A DNA stretch of 64,000 nucleotides from Microthyrium microscopicum. Lineage: Eukaryota. Numbering within the stretch: the first letter of the stretch is position 1; each line of letters starts with the position of its first letter. The notes below the pieces were generated by a model. That model was not told where the DNA came from. It saw only the letters and a program-made list of their open reading frames with translations, and ran no database searches. Made by a program: the position numbers and the translations under genes. Where the stretch lies: positions 1,192,538 through 1,256,537 of the forward strand of contig MU004235.1 of assembly GCA_010405405.1 (NCBI GenBank), written 5' to 3'. Below, one piece after another: positions 1-13,392 of this stretch.

Positions 1-3000
1 ATCTGTTTTCATAGTGTAAGGGATTCCAGAAATTGACCTTGAAAATGGAATAAGAAATGATAGCCTGATGAAGTCCCTAAGATAGGAGGTTGTGATACGA
101 CGAAACTATCACAGAGTACTTTCTATAAATCTGGTCAATAATAACGGGGTTGTTATACGAAAACTTGGTACTGTCTTGGGTATTGATGATATCCCGAATT
201 CCTACCTATTATCTACTGCCGGGAAAGCGTTGCATGTTCCCCGGTACAACTAATGGTGAACGGTTTCAACTTGGTGTGCACCTCGTAAGTCGTATCCCAA
301 TGATAGACAGTAGATTAAAATAGTGTAATTAGCAGCGACAATGAACGATTGGAGGGCACAGTTGCCCATGACTTGCACCGTGAAAGGGGTTGAGAAATTA
401 ATGCTTGACTCGTGAACATGGAACTGTCAGAATTGCACTTTGTAAGGAGTACCCGGGGTCGGAATATGCCGAGGGGCTTGGAAATTCAGCCACCGTTGGA
501 GACTCTTCCGCAGCCTCCAGAATCCAGATTATCATTCTTTAGATAATCTATGAGCTCGTGCCCCCAGCTAAAGACGACTGAAACCGAAAGCGATGGCTCA
601 CGATAACCAGATTAGGTACCTAGCTTGCTAGCTTGATAAGGCCCTTGGTCAACCAGAAAACCCTACAAGAAAGAACACTCAAAATCATGATCTGAGTCTG
701 GCTCCTACTTTAGAACTGACCCGGAGCATGCCTTCCATCTTGACGAGCCGGAGAAGTGTCATTCAAAATTGCATTTGTAGAATAACCTGAAGTACGCGAA
801 CAGGGGCTAGAAGAAACGAAGATTAATGTCCATGTTGTAGATTGGAGGTTGGCGCATCCTGGCCGACCACGTTGTGATCGATTTAGCAAAAGCAATGAAC
901 TCACCAAAGTGTTACAGGTACGGGGTACGATACTTTGAAACTCAAACCTTGGACTTGAAACATTATCATTGATATCAGTAGCCTGATATCAATGTACTCC
1001 TTTTCCCAGGTCTGGAATCGCCCTTTACAAACATAATTGACAGCACTATAGTCTGTTCACCTGCACTTGCAGACAGTGACTATCATACCAATGCAAGTCA
1101 GATTCGCATAGGGCACGCCTTGTGATTGAATTGCAAAGGGCTGGAGATGCACACATCACATCACATGAAACGAAAAACCTCGACAACGGCCAATTGCAGG
1201 GCTATCGCTGAGGTTCTGCTTGACCTACACAGGCTTCTTGCATCTGGCTACATGCACATTCTACGGATAGCCAGGAGCGTTTCGCGTTTGGCTAATCATC
1301 AAGTTGCTGGTGAAAATCAGCATGAACAGCAACAATAATTGATGCAAACAATCTACACACGAACTGCAGGCCCCAGACCACGGCACGGATGTTGGCAATT
1401 TGGGACTCTGATCGACATCCTCTGCAACTGTGCAGTCTAGCTCCAATCGTAAGGCAACAACTTGGAAGATATCGGCAAGCTGTAGCTTTAGGTATCTGGA
1501 ATGTTGACTGGATTGCCAGGTTGAGGCTCCTGTGAGAATGAATGGACATCACAGAGGCTCAAGCTGAACAGACTCGATCGACTTGAGGTCGGTGCCATTG
1601 TGTATGATCCACTGCTTCTCCCTTGACCATGTCATGGCTCGCATGGTAAAAGACAACCTTCTCGTAGGCCAGTTCAAGGAACAAGAATCAAGAGTGATGC
1701 TCAAAGCAGGCCTCAGACAGGAGCTTGAAAGTGGACACTGCTGCAAGCGGGATCAGTAAGTGGACGGAGCGGGCTACAATGCGCGCTCCAGTATAAGGAA
1801 GGGATCCCTTGAGAAAACAGAAGTGCGAACTGTGTCAGAGTCTTAGAGACATAATGATAACCACTCACAGGCAGCCAATCTTCAGAAAAGTTGACGGGAG
1901 GCGGGGGCCCTGGCCCGGATGGTAGAGTGGGCCGTGATCGTTGCTGAACTGACTGCATTCTCACAACGGTCTTTCGTGCACCAAGTCGGAGATTTTTATG
2001 CTACAAAACAGTGTCAATTGGCAGCGCGGGATGCGGGCGATGATTCCGTCGTGAGCACCGCGCATGATGTTTTGAACTTACCGTACACGTGCACAATGTA
2101 TGCTTGAGTGGCAGTCTGACAATGACATCTTGACAATTTTGTCACTTCGAGATGGTCTAATTGGGACCCACCAAGAGTTGCAAGAGGGTGCTTTGGACAC
2201 TTGGGCTGATGTCTTGGCCTTCCTAGATGTCACCTGCCTTGATCTTCGAAGTAGTACGGAGCAGTAGCGGCATGGTTGCAGTCTCCTGGTGTCCTCGCTG
2301 CTTAGATGGACTCATACAAACTACTTCACAATTGTCCTAGAGTGATCTTGGGGCCAATGATAGAGCATGGAACGTTCCGCGCGGACTTTCTCGGCGGACA
2401 TTTTGAGAGGCGGACGAGAGGCAAGCTGCAGATTGTCGCTGAATGATGCTAGTTGTGATACATGGTCTTTGCTCAAAGTTGACGGTAAGATACCGCGATG
2501 TGCCTTGAATGCTTAAACCTGCCAATTCGACTGCCAATTCTGCCAGCTGAAGTTAGTAGGAGAAGGGCATGGGGGTGTGATGGGGTTTGGCATTTCTGTT
2601 CTAACCTTGTACCGTGTACTTTGCAGATGTGGAGAACGGTTGGCACCCTGCGTGCTTAGCCTTGCCAGTTGTCTCTTGTCTGTGATGTTAATCATGTTAT
2701 GCACGTTCATAGTCGGATTAGTCGCGGTAGTGTTGGCAAATATCGTGATGGTTGACTGCCGATGGCGGCGTGGAGGAGGTTGATACCACCTTTTCCGGAC
2801 TCGCTCTCGCGGACCCTGGTGCTTCCTTCTGATTAATCATTCTTGTCCGCTCCACCGAGCCTGCAGGTACCGTCTTGCTGTTTGAATCCGACGTTTATAC
2901 CAACGGCCGTTTGGGTATGGGCTGGTTTGCTAGCATCTATGATCTGGATCTTGATGGGCCCTTTGTCTTGCCAGCACGGCTGCACGTTCAACATCAGCAT

Positions 3001-4287
3001 TTGCTAGCCTCAATCTGCTCATTGCTCATTGCTCAACAGCCTCACAGCCTCATCTACTCCACATCTTTTGGGCCCAATTTCCCAATTTCCAGACGTGTCA
3101 CGTCTTTGCAGTTTCCAACGGTAAATTCCGCATCCATGATTGCACTCAGACCTCAGTAGGCTCGAGTGCTGAACTAAAATCTAACTAATCCGGCCACTGA
3201 CGCCAGGCGCATCACTGCCCACCGCCAAATGTGCCCTGTGTCCTGTGTCTGTCCAGTGTCCAGTGTCTTGTCCCAAAGTGCGTCGGTCACATTTTCAAAC
3301 AGAAACAATCGAGCTCCTCTTGGCTTCCGGTTGCAATTGCTGTTGAATCTAGAGTCTGCCAGTCTGCCATCTGCAAGTCGCAACAACTGCCATCCGCAAG
3401 CCGCTCAATCTGCCAGGCCCAAGGCCGCCGATCATCTTAGTTTCCTCAACCCCATCCCAACAACTGACCGTCCACTTGGCCCTATTCTAGCGCCAATACC
3501 TCTCCCTCTCTCCAGCGTCCGAACTGTCTGGTGTATGGTACTGGTACTTCGTCTCTTTGCCAGCTTCATTCATAACCTACCAACTCTCTCACCCTTCTCT
3601 CGTCCGTTCCATCCTCTTACCCTCTTGTACGTGCGCAATCACTCTGCCCTTGCATTGTGCGCCTAAGTACTACTTCAACCATTTCTCCAACATACATTGC
3701 CACCATCGAGAATTCAACCCTCTTCTCTATCAATTGGGACTTGTCGCATATTTAACTGGACTGATGACACAGCACTCTACCTTCGGATCCACGCTGGCAA
3801 ACTTACGATCGAGGCTGGCCAAATAAACCTACTTGGTTCCGCACAACATTCAGATCATTACTCAGAGAGCGCGTACTATCTACTAGAAAGTAGATTACCG
3901 AGAAAATCCTCCAACCGGCACCATCAAGTACGACCTGCCCGCGTAAATTAAAGGATCACAATTAACGGAATTGGTAGATTTTCACAAGTGCTTTATAGCC
4001 CCTCAGCCTCAAAACCGTGTGAAAAGGCGAAGAAAACTGTATCCCGACGTGGCTGACAGTGGTGGTTGAGGCTTCGATCAGTTCAGCCTCCAAGATATCG
4101 GGCTACCACAACGACTGCAGAAATATTTCCCATCTAGGTCCAGAAGACTTTGGCTGTTGAGGGATTGTGTCTTCAAAATACGTTCTTTTGCCATCGCCAG
4201 TTGTGACTGACTCGCGTGCCATTCGCGACCAGGTGCAACATCAAAACTCGCCACTTTCGCGCGACAATTCACACTCATCATACAACA

Positions 4288-5796
4288 ATGACAATGATGG
4301 CATCTCATCGATCACTCTCAATGGGCAATTCATCATGGAACACGGATCTGCCCGATACAACAGTAAATACTGCACACCACAATTTGCATCTTATAACGGA
4401 TCACCAACTTCAGCAGTCCATGAGCTATACTTCCCCAGTCACTACATCAAACGACCAGTCGCACCAGAATCATGCAAATATGAGCAGTAATCACTACTCC
4501 CAGTCTCCTGTTTCGGCAGCTTCTCGCCAGTTGCCCTCGCCTATTACCTCTAATCTCAGCGGCGCATGCATGAGTCCAACCTGGAAAGGTTTCATTCATA
4601 CTACAAGAGACGGACTGATCATCCTAGAATCATGCCTTCAAGGTCAACTCAGCCACATCCCACGCAGACCCCACGATAGGGAACGACAAAGTATCATCTC
4701 TTCAGGAAACATCTTTGTCTACGAGGAAAACGCCTCGGGCATCCGGAGATGGACTGACGGCATCACGTGGAGTCCTTCACGCATCATGGGCAATTTCCTA
4801 GTCTATCGGGAATTATTGGATGGACATCCTCCTGGTGAAAAGAAGAGAGCAGCGAAAAAGCGCAAAAGAGGAAGCGAAGACCTTACCGCTATACAGGACA
4901 CGAACCCTAAGACTGAAGAAGATCGTTCATTAATTGGTTCCTTGTCTCTTGAATCCTACAACTTCAAACCAGGCGGACTGGCCAAGAAGACCCTGAGCGT
5001 GGACGTGAGAGGCATACGGCATCATATAATTTCATATTACCGAATAGAAGATGTCAAGGACGGGCTATACCATCGGCCAACCGAGGATGAAATTCTTAGC
5101 AAATGTATACCCAGACAGGAGCTTGTCGACAATCCGAGCTTCAAATCGCCTGTGGAAGATCAGGATGATAAGGTCAACGCGATACTTCCTGCAATATCGC
5201 AAGCTCCGCCGCAGAATCACCTACATAATGTCCACTCAGGCGTTCCTGTTGTTCTCAACGTTGCCGGTAACTCCCCGACGGCCCAATACAGCAGTAATCT
5301 TCCGCGGGGACTACCACAACATTCGAGTCCTGCTATGATGTATCAGCAACGAAGTCATATTCCTACATACCAACTCCCTGTTGGACCACTAGATCCCTTC
5401 GACATGGACCACATGTCTCACTATCAACCAGCTCCAATGAGCGAACCGTCCCGACATCGCCATCATTCAATTTCACATTCACATCACCCACCTGATCGCA
5501 AGACTCAACCAGTGCCCAAAACCATTATTCTACCACCTGATGTCGGTCTACGGGAAGAGAAGCGTCTGCGGCACGACAGCCACACCCACATCCCAGTGAC
5601 TTCGGCGCACCAGCAACAGCAACTGATGTATTTTGACTCACCACTTACGACGGGAGTTGATCTAGGGATATCAAACCTGCAACCCGTTGCTCCACCGAAA
5701 TATGTTGAGGATTCATATCACCACAACCTACAACAACAAGTGGACTTTCCACATGGAGCTATATACATGCTTCCTCAAGGCCAAAGCTACAGATAG
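4288..5796 (+). CDS. Gti1/Pac2-family (WOPR) transcription factor, Wor1/Ryp1/Sge1-type
   Basis: Single long ORF with WOPR motifs TWKGFIHTTRDGLIILESC, RRPHDRER, SGNIFVYEE, GIRRWTDGITWSPSR, FLVYREL..PPGEKKRA and GLAKKT..HHIISYY, followed by a Q/H/P-rich tail. Start codon uncertain (first in-frame ATG at 4288). Confidence 0.93.
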   Translation: MTMMASHRSLSMGNSSWNTDLPDTTVNTAHHNLHLITDHQLQQSMSYTSPVTTSNDQSHQNHANMSSNHYSQSPVSAASRQLPSPITSNLSGACMSPTWKGFIHTTRDGLIILESCLQGQLSHIPRRPHDRERQSIISSGNIFVYEENASGIRRWTDGITWSPSRIMGNFLVYRELLDGHPPGEKKRAAKKRKRGSEDLTAIQDTNPKTEEDRSLIGSLSLESYNFKPGGLAKKTLSVDVRGIRHHIISYYRIEDVKDGLYHRPTEDEILSKCIPRQELVDNPSFKSPVEDQDDKVNAILPAISQAPPQNHLHNVHSGVPVVLNVAGNSPTAQYSSNLPRGLPQHSSPAMMYQQRSHIPTYQLPVGPLDPFDMDHMSHYQPAPMSEPSRHRHHSISHSHHPPDRKTQPVPKTIILPPDVGLREEKRLRHDSHTHIPVTSAHQQQQLMYFDSPLTTGVDLGISNLQPVAPPKYVEDSYHHNLQQQVDFPHGAIYMLPQGQSYR

Positions 5797-6419
5797 TTAT
5801 CTGATGTCAGACCAAGGAAATCAAAACCTCGGTGTTTGCTGTGGGATCGCCTGAAGGCACATGATATGGAACTCTTTTCTCCTATAATTGCACACATGTA
5901 TAATTACTACCCGATCGCGAATTTATGACCAATAATATGATTGACGAAACGTATCTTATGATAGATGGTTTCAGCACATGTTGAAAGGACGGAGCGTCCA
6001 TTGGAATCATACGATACCCATCAGGATAATAAATATTTCTAGAATCAGATTACGACATCGAAGTTTATACTGTCAAATAAGCTTCCGAATCATCATAAAT
6101 TACGACGTAGTGAAAAAGGTGCTCTTGGTGATCTTCTCCCCTGCCCTGTGGGCTACTACTTGACAATAATTACTGAGACTACTACTCTAAACAAACTGTT
6201 CATATTGGGCTTAAGAAATATTGAAGATACATGATAACGCTTATATGCTTCACACAGAAAAACACTCAGTTCCAACAACTACCACGGTCCATAACCATCT
6301 CAAATGAAATTCCATCAAAAAAACACCAAGCGCTTTCCACAGTTGCTTCATAACAACCTTATGCTCCTCTCACCAACCCTTTCACTAAATACACCAGACA
6401 AGGTATACTCTAATCTACC

Positions 6420-8815
6420 CTACCAACCAAAACACTCATCAACCAACCTAACAACCCCCTTCCTGCCCCTCCCAACCTCACAAACCACCTCCCTCACATC
6501 ATCTGCCATTGCCTTCGGTCCACTAACCACAACCGCCACTCGCCACCCCTCTGGCACGCCGCTCACCTCCCTCCTCACAATCGCCTTGACATCCAACCTC
6601 TCCTTAGTGACTGCAATCCCATCATACCGACTCACCTCCTCCGCCAACGCGTCCACTAAGGCATCAGATCGACTTCCCCAGTACAGCTTTGCGGCACCCG
6701 GTCCGTTGGTGCGCGCGTGTTCCCGTAGGTAGGAGATCACGGCGGTGATACCGACTCCGCCGGCGATACAGATTAGCCGGTGGTAGTGAGAAAGGTCGAG
6801 AGGAAGACCGTAGGAGCCTTCGATCAGGACGGGGAGACGGCTGCGGAGACGCAGGAGGGATGTTGTGCCGGTGTGCGTGCGCATGAAGAAGGAGAGAGTT
6901 GTGGATGCCGGTTCGGCGCCTGGGGTCGGTGTGTGTGGGGCGAAGGAGATGGTTCTGTATGGGGATTTAAGGCCTGTCGTCGATGTTGGTGAGTTTGGCC
7001 AGGCTGGTGTTGAGGGGAATGTGGGCGAGGTTGGCGATAGGGGGAGCATTGGTACGGATTGCGAGATTGATGTGCGCATGTTTATCCTCATGGGTGTTAG
7101 AGTTGCTGGTGGAGGAGAGGCGTGGGCGGAGGATATTATGACGGTTTTGGGCGAGTCGAGGGGTGATATGGGGACGAAGGACTCGGCGGATAGACGGCTG
7201 GCGAGGCTGGAGGTGTGTTTGTGTTTGCGTAGTGAGTAGGTTGAGCTCCAGCCGCGTTTGTGCGTGCGTGCGAGGCTTAGATGCTCAGATGCTACGGAAA
7301 AGGGGTGGTTTTCCCAGAAACGCCAAGTTAGAGTTGGGAAGTAGAGGTAGACGTGGCCACGGGCTGCGCAGCCACGGATATCGACGCGAATATAGTCATC
7401 GTCAATTGGCATGATGGTCGCTGAGTGCAGCCCGTAGGTAAACAGTCTGATTAGCCGGCAGAGTCGCTCCGTGACCCATAGGAGAACTACAATCCAGCCG
7501 TAGAGTATGTATCCGGCTAGCTTGGTATCGAAGAGGTGATATATGTGGAATATGGTGCCTACGATGACTATTATACTCAAGACAATGTGTGTTACTAGGA
7601 ATAGTTCATATCGCCTTTGTCGAAACCATGACATTGCGAAAGGTAGCATGATCACTACGCATATGGTTGCGACAGAGCCGCACATCCAGGCGGGCGCGCT
7701 GGACCATAGAGCAAATCTATGTTCTTGGACTGCAAGAATCAGGAACAGTAGGGAATGCAGGATGGCCTGCAGGGCTGCAATGAAGCCGACCCATCGATGG
7801 AGCATGAGATATGTTGAATGTGACCAATCTATTACGGAGTTAGTGATGAGATAGATTGGATTGACTAGAGCCACTTACTCGTCAATGCTAATAGAAAGTT
7901 ATTTCTTCCACTATACAAAATAGTCAAAGGAAAGTTCGCCAGTGCAAGTGCCCCAAGCCGATTTGCAAGCGCAGTGACGAATTTGCCATTTCGGTCATCC
8001 CAAGACCAGGTCTCGTGGATATCAGTGTGCAAATCTACGATCGAGAGGACGATATTGAAAAGGACATGGAATGAGATGATGAATGCCTGTCCCATAGTTG
8101 GCCTGACATTACCTGTTTCTCGAAAGTTTACATTCCAGCTATAACGCCATGCCGGATATATCGCGCGTGCGTATAGGAATGATTTTAGTGAATTGGGTAG
8201 AATGTGCTTGAGCAAAGTAAGTAATATGGGCAGTAACAGCCCAACTGCAAATACTACGATACTAAGACCCAAAGTTAGCAAAGGTGACGGTAAAATATGA
8301 AAGGATACATACGCATATATAGCGTGGGATTTTTCAGCAGAATTCCACCTTTGTATGTGGCCATATGCCAATTGATAGCTGGAAGATGAAACTACCGACG
8401 TGCTAAGAAGTAAGCCTCCTGCTTGCAAAGGATTACTTGCAGCCGTGCCATTGAGCAATGCCATTTCGAATGAATAGAATGGCTCAGGCTGCTTCATTTC
8501 CCATCCAACCGCGTAATTCTTCCAGAAGACATTGATGGTCTCCAAGGGAAGATCCAGACAGTATTGGTGTATGCAGAGCCCTAGAGTTGACAGGAATGGT
8601 ACATTCGATGCGTAACAAGTCGGCGTCGTCCGATCGGGAATGGTTGAAGAACAGCTCAATCTGACATCCACCAACGCCGCTCGACAGGCATGAGCACATG
8701 GTGGATAAAACTGCACCTTCTTTAGCTGGAATACATCGTGGTTATTGTTTGCACCTAAGACATATGCTGGAAATTGAAGAAGAAAAGCCCACGAGGCAAG
8801 ATTCGGCCCATACAT
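6420..8815 (-). CDS. Ferric/cupric reductase-like transmembrane protein (FRE family), multi-exon
   Basis: Signal peptide and Cys-rich N-terminus; LYSGRNNFL; heme-ligand His motifs HRWVG..H and HIVLS..H; FAD motif HPFS; NADPH motifs EGSYG and IAGGVGIT; C-terminal VVVSGP..ECFGW. GTAAGT donor at 7878. Confidence 0.9.
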
Positions 8816-9277
8816 TGGGTATGAATTTGTACATGAGGATCCAACAAGCTCGAAGTAGATTCATGTTGATGGTAAAAGCCAATCAAGTATACTCCCAATA
8901 CAACATCATCTGTAGAACAATGAAAATCGGCATCCCGGCAAATCCGTATCTTCCGGATTCGTAAATGCCATGCTCTTGACAAAGAAACTCTCGATAGAAT
9001 TCCTTAAACAAAGGACAAAGAACTATGGGCTAAAAGCTCCACTTTCGTGTACAATAGACCGAAGGGACAATGTGGCATGAAGTTATATCGTCATTATAAG
9101 TGTAGTGGCGAGGCTAATATACAATGGGCAGGATCTTGGGTACGATTTCGCGAAAAGGGGTCGTCTCTCTTCTAGGCTTAGATGGTTAGCACACTGTTGA
9201 CAGCAGAATAATGATAAGCCAACCTTGGGACGACTCATAAATTACAACAAGCCAACGTCTGAAAACGAACATCCAGC

Positions 9278-9602
9278 TTATGATTTTGTAGCCTTTTCCA
9301 ACACCGCATTTTGGACTTCCATAAATCGATTGACGCAGTCGCGCATGCAGGTTTCTTCGGTCCTGCTAATGGCCGACGAAGATACGGGGCCAGGGGCGAC
9401 ACACTTCTTGAAGCATATACCCGTGAGTTTGGAGATGACTGTAACAATAGCGGTTAATAGATGCTGGATCTGAACAGTGAAAATTAAGCTTGCCTCCTTG
9501 TATCATGGCCTTTTGTGATTCAGCATTGTGGAATTGTTCTAGCTCTTGTCGATCGCGAGCATCAAGGCCCAAGCCACCGAGAACTGAATCTATGTTGCTC
9601 AT
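9278..9602 (-). CDS. TIM8: Mitochondrial intermembrane-space small Tim chaperone (Tim8-like), 89 aa, two exons
   Basis: Exon 1 (9602-9494) MSNIDS..ELEQFHNAESQKAMIQG joined to exon 2 (9438-9278) VISKLTGICFKKC..EETCMRDCVNRF gives the twin CX3C motif. Requires a GC-AG intron. Confidence 0.85.
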
Positions 9603-10126
9603 TGTGCTGAGGATGGTAATATGTACAGTTTCGAATTGTCAATGGTAAGGTCTTCGCTGAAGTGATGATATGATGTAGAAAAGTGATGATGCTTCTCAAA
9701 AATTTGAAGTCAGAAAGCTTCGTCTTAACTCCGTTGAGATCCATTCTTATGTCCGGTCTCCTTTTCCAGGGCCCACACGTAAACAAACCTCTCAAATTTC
9801 ACAACCGTTGCTGAGGAAAGTCCGCGATGACAAAGTAGAGCTGAGTTATGGACCAAAGTTCATTCAGTATTAAGGGACTTATTCTGGTAAATGGCAGGAC
9901 TATATCACTACGAATCAGTAGCTAGAGGCTAGGGGCAATGCTCTATGATTTACCGTAACCCGTACCAAGCAAACATATTTCAGTTGATCTTCATTCAACC
10001 TCGCCAACAACCACCGATACCGCTCTCAACTTATTGCGAGTCTGGCATACAACAATCCTTTTCATCAACATCTTCTCCCCTACGCTCACTTACAACAGAA
10101 TCGCATAGATTCAGATATTCATCAAT

Positions 10127-10855
10127 ATGGTGTCCGAAATCTCAGAGCAATTAGTGGGGTATTTAGGACCAGAAGGATCGTTCACACAACAGGCTGCGCT
10201 TCAATTATTCCCAGCTCATCAACAAGGAGTGAGGCTCGTGCCTATTTCAGATATCCCATTACTCTTCGACCAAGTAGCCACCAACGCAGTACAGATAAGC
10301 ATCGTGCCCATCAGAAACTCAACGAATGGCTACGTCCAACCAACCATTGACCAACTCAACAAACAATCTGGCTCAAACAAACTAATCATATGCGGCGAGA
10401 CTTCCGTCAAAGTATCGCACTGTCTAGCCGGGAAACGCAAAGAAGAGACCCAACAAAATCCTCCAACCTCAAAAGAATACAACTTCCAACATATCAAAAC
10501 GCTAAAAACGCATCCACAGGCCTGGACACAGTGCCAACGCTTCCTCGAGCAAGCACTACCACACACGGAGCGTCAGCAAGCAGACAGCACCTCTCAAGCC
10601 GCTTTTGAAGTCTCTCAAGATTCGCTCGGTATCAGCGCAGCCATCTGCTCCGAATTGGCAGCCAAAAGATGGGGACTCGACATTCTTGCGAACAACATCC
10701 AAGACGATCCTGACAATGAAACATACTTTGTCGTCATTCGACAGCGCCATGGGAAAGTGCTGGTTGAGCCTGTTGGGGCCGTGCCACTCACCGAGTCGAC
10801 TTCTTTGCTCCCTGTAGACCTCCTTACACCTAATAAACTTCTTGATTCCTCATAG
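10127..10855 (+). CDS. Prephenate dehydratase-like protein (catalytic domain only, no ACT domain)
   Basis: YLGPEGSFT, VPIRNSTNG, THPQAWTQC, STSQAA, NIQDDPDNETYF. The ORF ends ~40 aa after the (normally TRF) motif. Confidence 0.85.
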   Translation: MVSEISEQLVGYLGPEGSFTQQAALQLFPAHQQGVRLVPISDIPLLFDQVATNAVQISIVPIRNSTNGYVQPTIDQLNKQSGSNKLIICGETSVKVSHCLAGKRKEETQQNPPTSKEYNFQHIKTLKTHPQAWTQCQRFLEQALPHTERQQADSTSQAAFEVSQDSLGISAAICSELAAKRWGLDILANNIQDDPDNETYFVVIRQRHGKVLVEPVGAVPLTESTSLLPVDLLTPNKLLDSS

Positions 10856-11240
10856 ACTACTTTTTTTCTCATGGAAGTGCTAATTATGCTGGAAACTTAT
10901 GTCGATCCGAGGTACCTCACCCATTGCCCAACGGCGGGCCGAAAAGGTTGTAGTTTGTCGAGGCACATTCATGTCAAGGTAGCAACAATTGGCCATTCTT
11001 GACTGCATTTAAGTCATCCAGCAGTACAGAAGCAAGTAAAAAGCAGGTCAGATTAACATAACGACAACTGCTTGCATGAGCCAACTTCATCGCCAATGGA
11101 GAAACACAGAATGCGCTTTCAAAAAATAAATCTAGTTTTGTACGATTTGCAATCCCTTTATTTACAGCAATTATTAAACCGCCTCTCACGTCTCTCCATA
11201 CGAAAGCTCATTACCATAGACAACAGAATCCCTCCAAGCG

Positions 11241-12801
11241 CTAATGGCTTGCCTTGGCCTCTTCAACTGCTACTTTTCGTCGCTGAATCATGACATCAGT
11301 GATCACCAGGAGTATGCTTCCTAGTAGCATCGCGATGCCAGCAAATATCATTAAACCCAGGAGATCATTTCCTTTTGAGATCGAAGCCTGAATGGGGAGT
11401 CCAGTGAGCGACGAGACGGCAATGATCGCGAAGAATGTTCCCATCATCGCACCAAAGTCGCTAGAGTGACCACCAGCTACGTCCAAAAGACACGGAGTCA
11501 TCAAACCAACAAAAGCACCTGAAAAGAAGCCAACCATGAGCGCGAGGAACACAAGTCCCCCAAGAGATGGATGGGAATTGAGTGGCACCCAGATGACTAG
11601 AACGCTGATGGCGGTGAGTACGCCGGAGAAGGCGAGGACTTTCAAGTGACCTATTTTGCCGGAAAAGAGGGATGGTAGAATTCTTCCAGGAAGAGATGCG
11701 GCACTGGGTGATGATCAGTACGCTCTTCTACATCTCGCTACAATATTGACTTACTTCAAAATTGACACCATGTACAAGCTCACTCCTTTCGTAGAGGCAT
11801 CCTGGTCTGCAAAGAGCGGTAGAAAGTCGAATGGCGCAAACAGTCCCCAGCTGTTAAGATTAGCGGATGCTAGTATCTCGTCCTGGCGAAATACTCACAA
11901 GTACAGAAATACTCCAATGACAAAGAGCAGGTACGGGGTTTGCTTGAACAAGGAGAACCGGATCAAAGTGCGACGCCCAGCAAGGCCTTTCGGTTTCATT
12001 GCCGGGAACATCAACACATTCGCGAGCAATAGAGCTATTCCGATGATGAGAGCCGTGTAGAGAATCGTCTTCTCAAAGCCAATTTGTGCATAGAGCTGGG
12101 CGAGGAATATGGGGAATATTACTCCACCCAGTGAAGAGCCAGCTGCGACAACACCCAGAGCGATTACTCTCTTCTTGGAGAACCACTGAGCAGCAACTAC
12201 CATTCCTGCAATATTCTGTTAGTCGACCTTCGAATAGCAACCAACGAGAAGACAAGCGTGGTTGGAAGTCTTACCAACTGTGAATACCCCAGCAGCGCCG
12301 AGTCCAAAGCAAATACTTTGAGCCAGAAAGACCTGCCCGTAGCTTCGAGCAAAGGCGAGTCCAATAAGACCAGCAACCGAGAGCAGAGACGAAACGGCCA
12401 GAATGATACGGTGGCCAAACAAGTCGACCAGCAATCCCACCGGCTGGGAGAAAAAGAACATGAGGAACAGTTGCATTGTAAGAATCCATGTGATGGAGGC
12501 CGGTGAAGTGGTTTTGAGAATATTTGTCTCGTAAATGTACTGGAAGGTGCCAAGTCTACAGATGTAAGCTATTTGTTTTCTCTGGAGTCGAAGGTCCTTA
12601 CGCATTGATGAAGCCAAATGATGCGAACTGGCAGAAGAACCCTCCAGCAACCGTTGACCAGGCCTTCCATCCTCCGTCAGGAGCAACGTATGGCACTGAC
12701 ACTGGTGCTGGTGTTGGCGAATTGATATTGTTGGATGGTTCCTCCATATTGACACGAGGAGGGAGGTTAGAAGATGCCATTGGGGTAGCAGCGGATGCCA
12801 T
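11241..12801 (-). CDS. MFS monocarboxylate-porter (MCT/Mch-like) transporter, multi-exon
   Basis: APDGGWKAWSTVAGGF, QWFSKKRVIALGVVAAGSSLGG, multiple hydrophobic exons with canonical introns. Confidence 0.92.
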
Positions 12802-13392
12802 TGGGTCGTGTAGGACCGAGTGTTTTGCAGATATCAAAATGTTTGCTGTCAGTGTTGAGAGAGGTTGTGGGCAAAGTCCAATGTAGATGGAATGGCGCGT
12901 GTTTGGATGGTACGTAAAGAGAATGGATAAGTCTTGGTGGTGTTTAGCTGATCGACGGAGGTTATCGGGTTGCAGTGAGGTGAAATTTTCGGAGCCTTGG
13001 TTGTTGCTGCCTATAACGTCCATTCTGGGTCGATGTTGCCGGATTCTTCAGCGTTCCTTCCATAGTCGTTTGTTGTGTTACTGTGCACCACCTTGGAAGG
13101 CATCGTGCAACCTCCGTGTACAACCACTGCCTTATCGCATAATATTTCCAAAATGAGACACTCTATAACGGTCGGAGCAACTTGTGCCATGGCCAGCCAA
13201 TTCATTTCGGTTATCAGTCCCCGTTCGGGTCACCAACATCAAGATTCAATCGCAGCTTATAAACGACAGCACGAAGTTAGTTGAACCAAAGGCAAGGGAA
13301 ATGCGAAGTACCAGATCAGCAAATGTACCCTCAATCACTTCATATCAGGCTAGAGTTTTGTTTGCTACTTCTTCAAAATAGCCTATGCCAAT

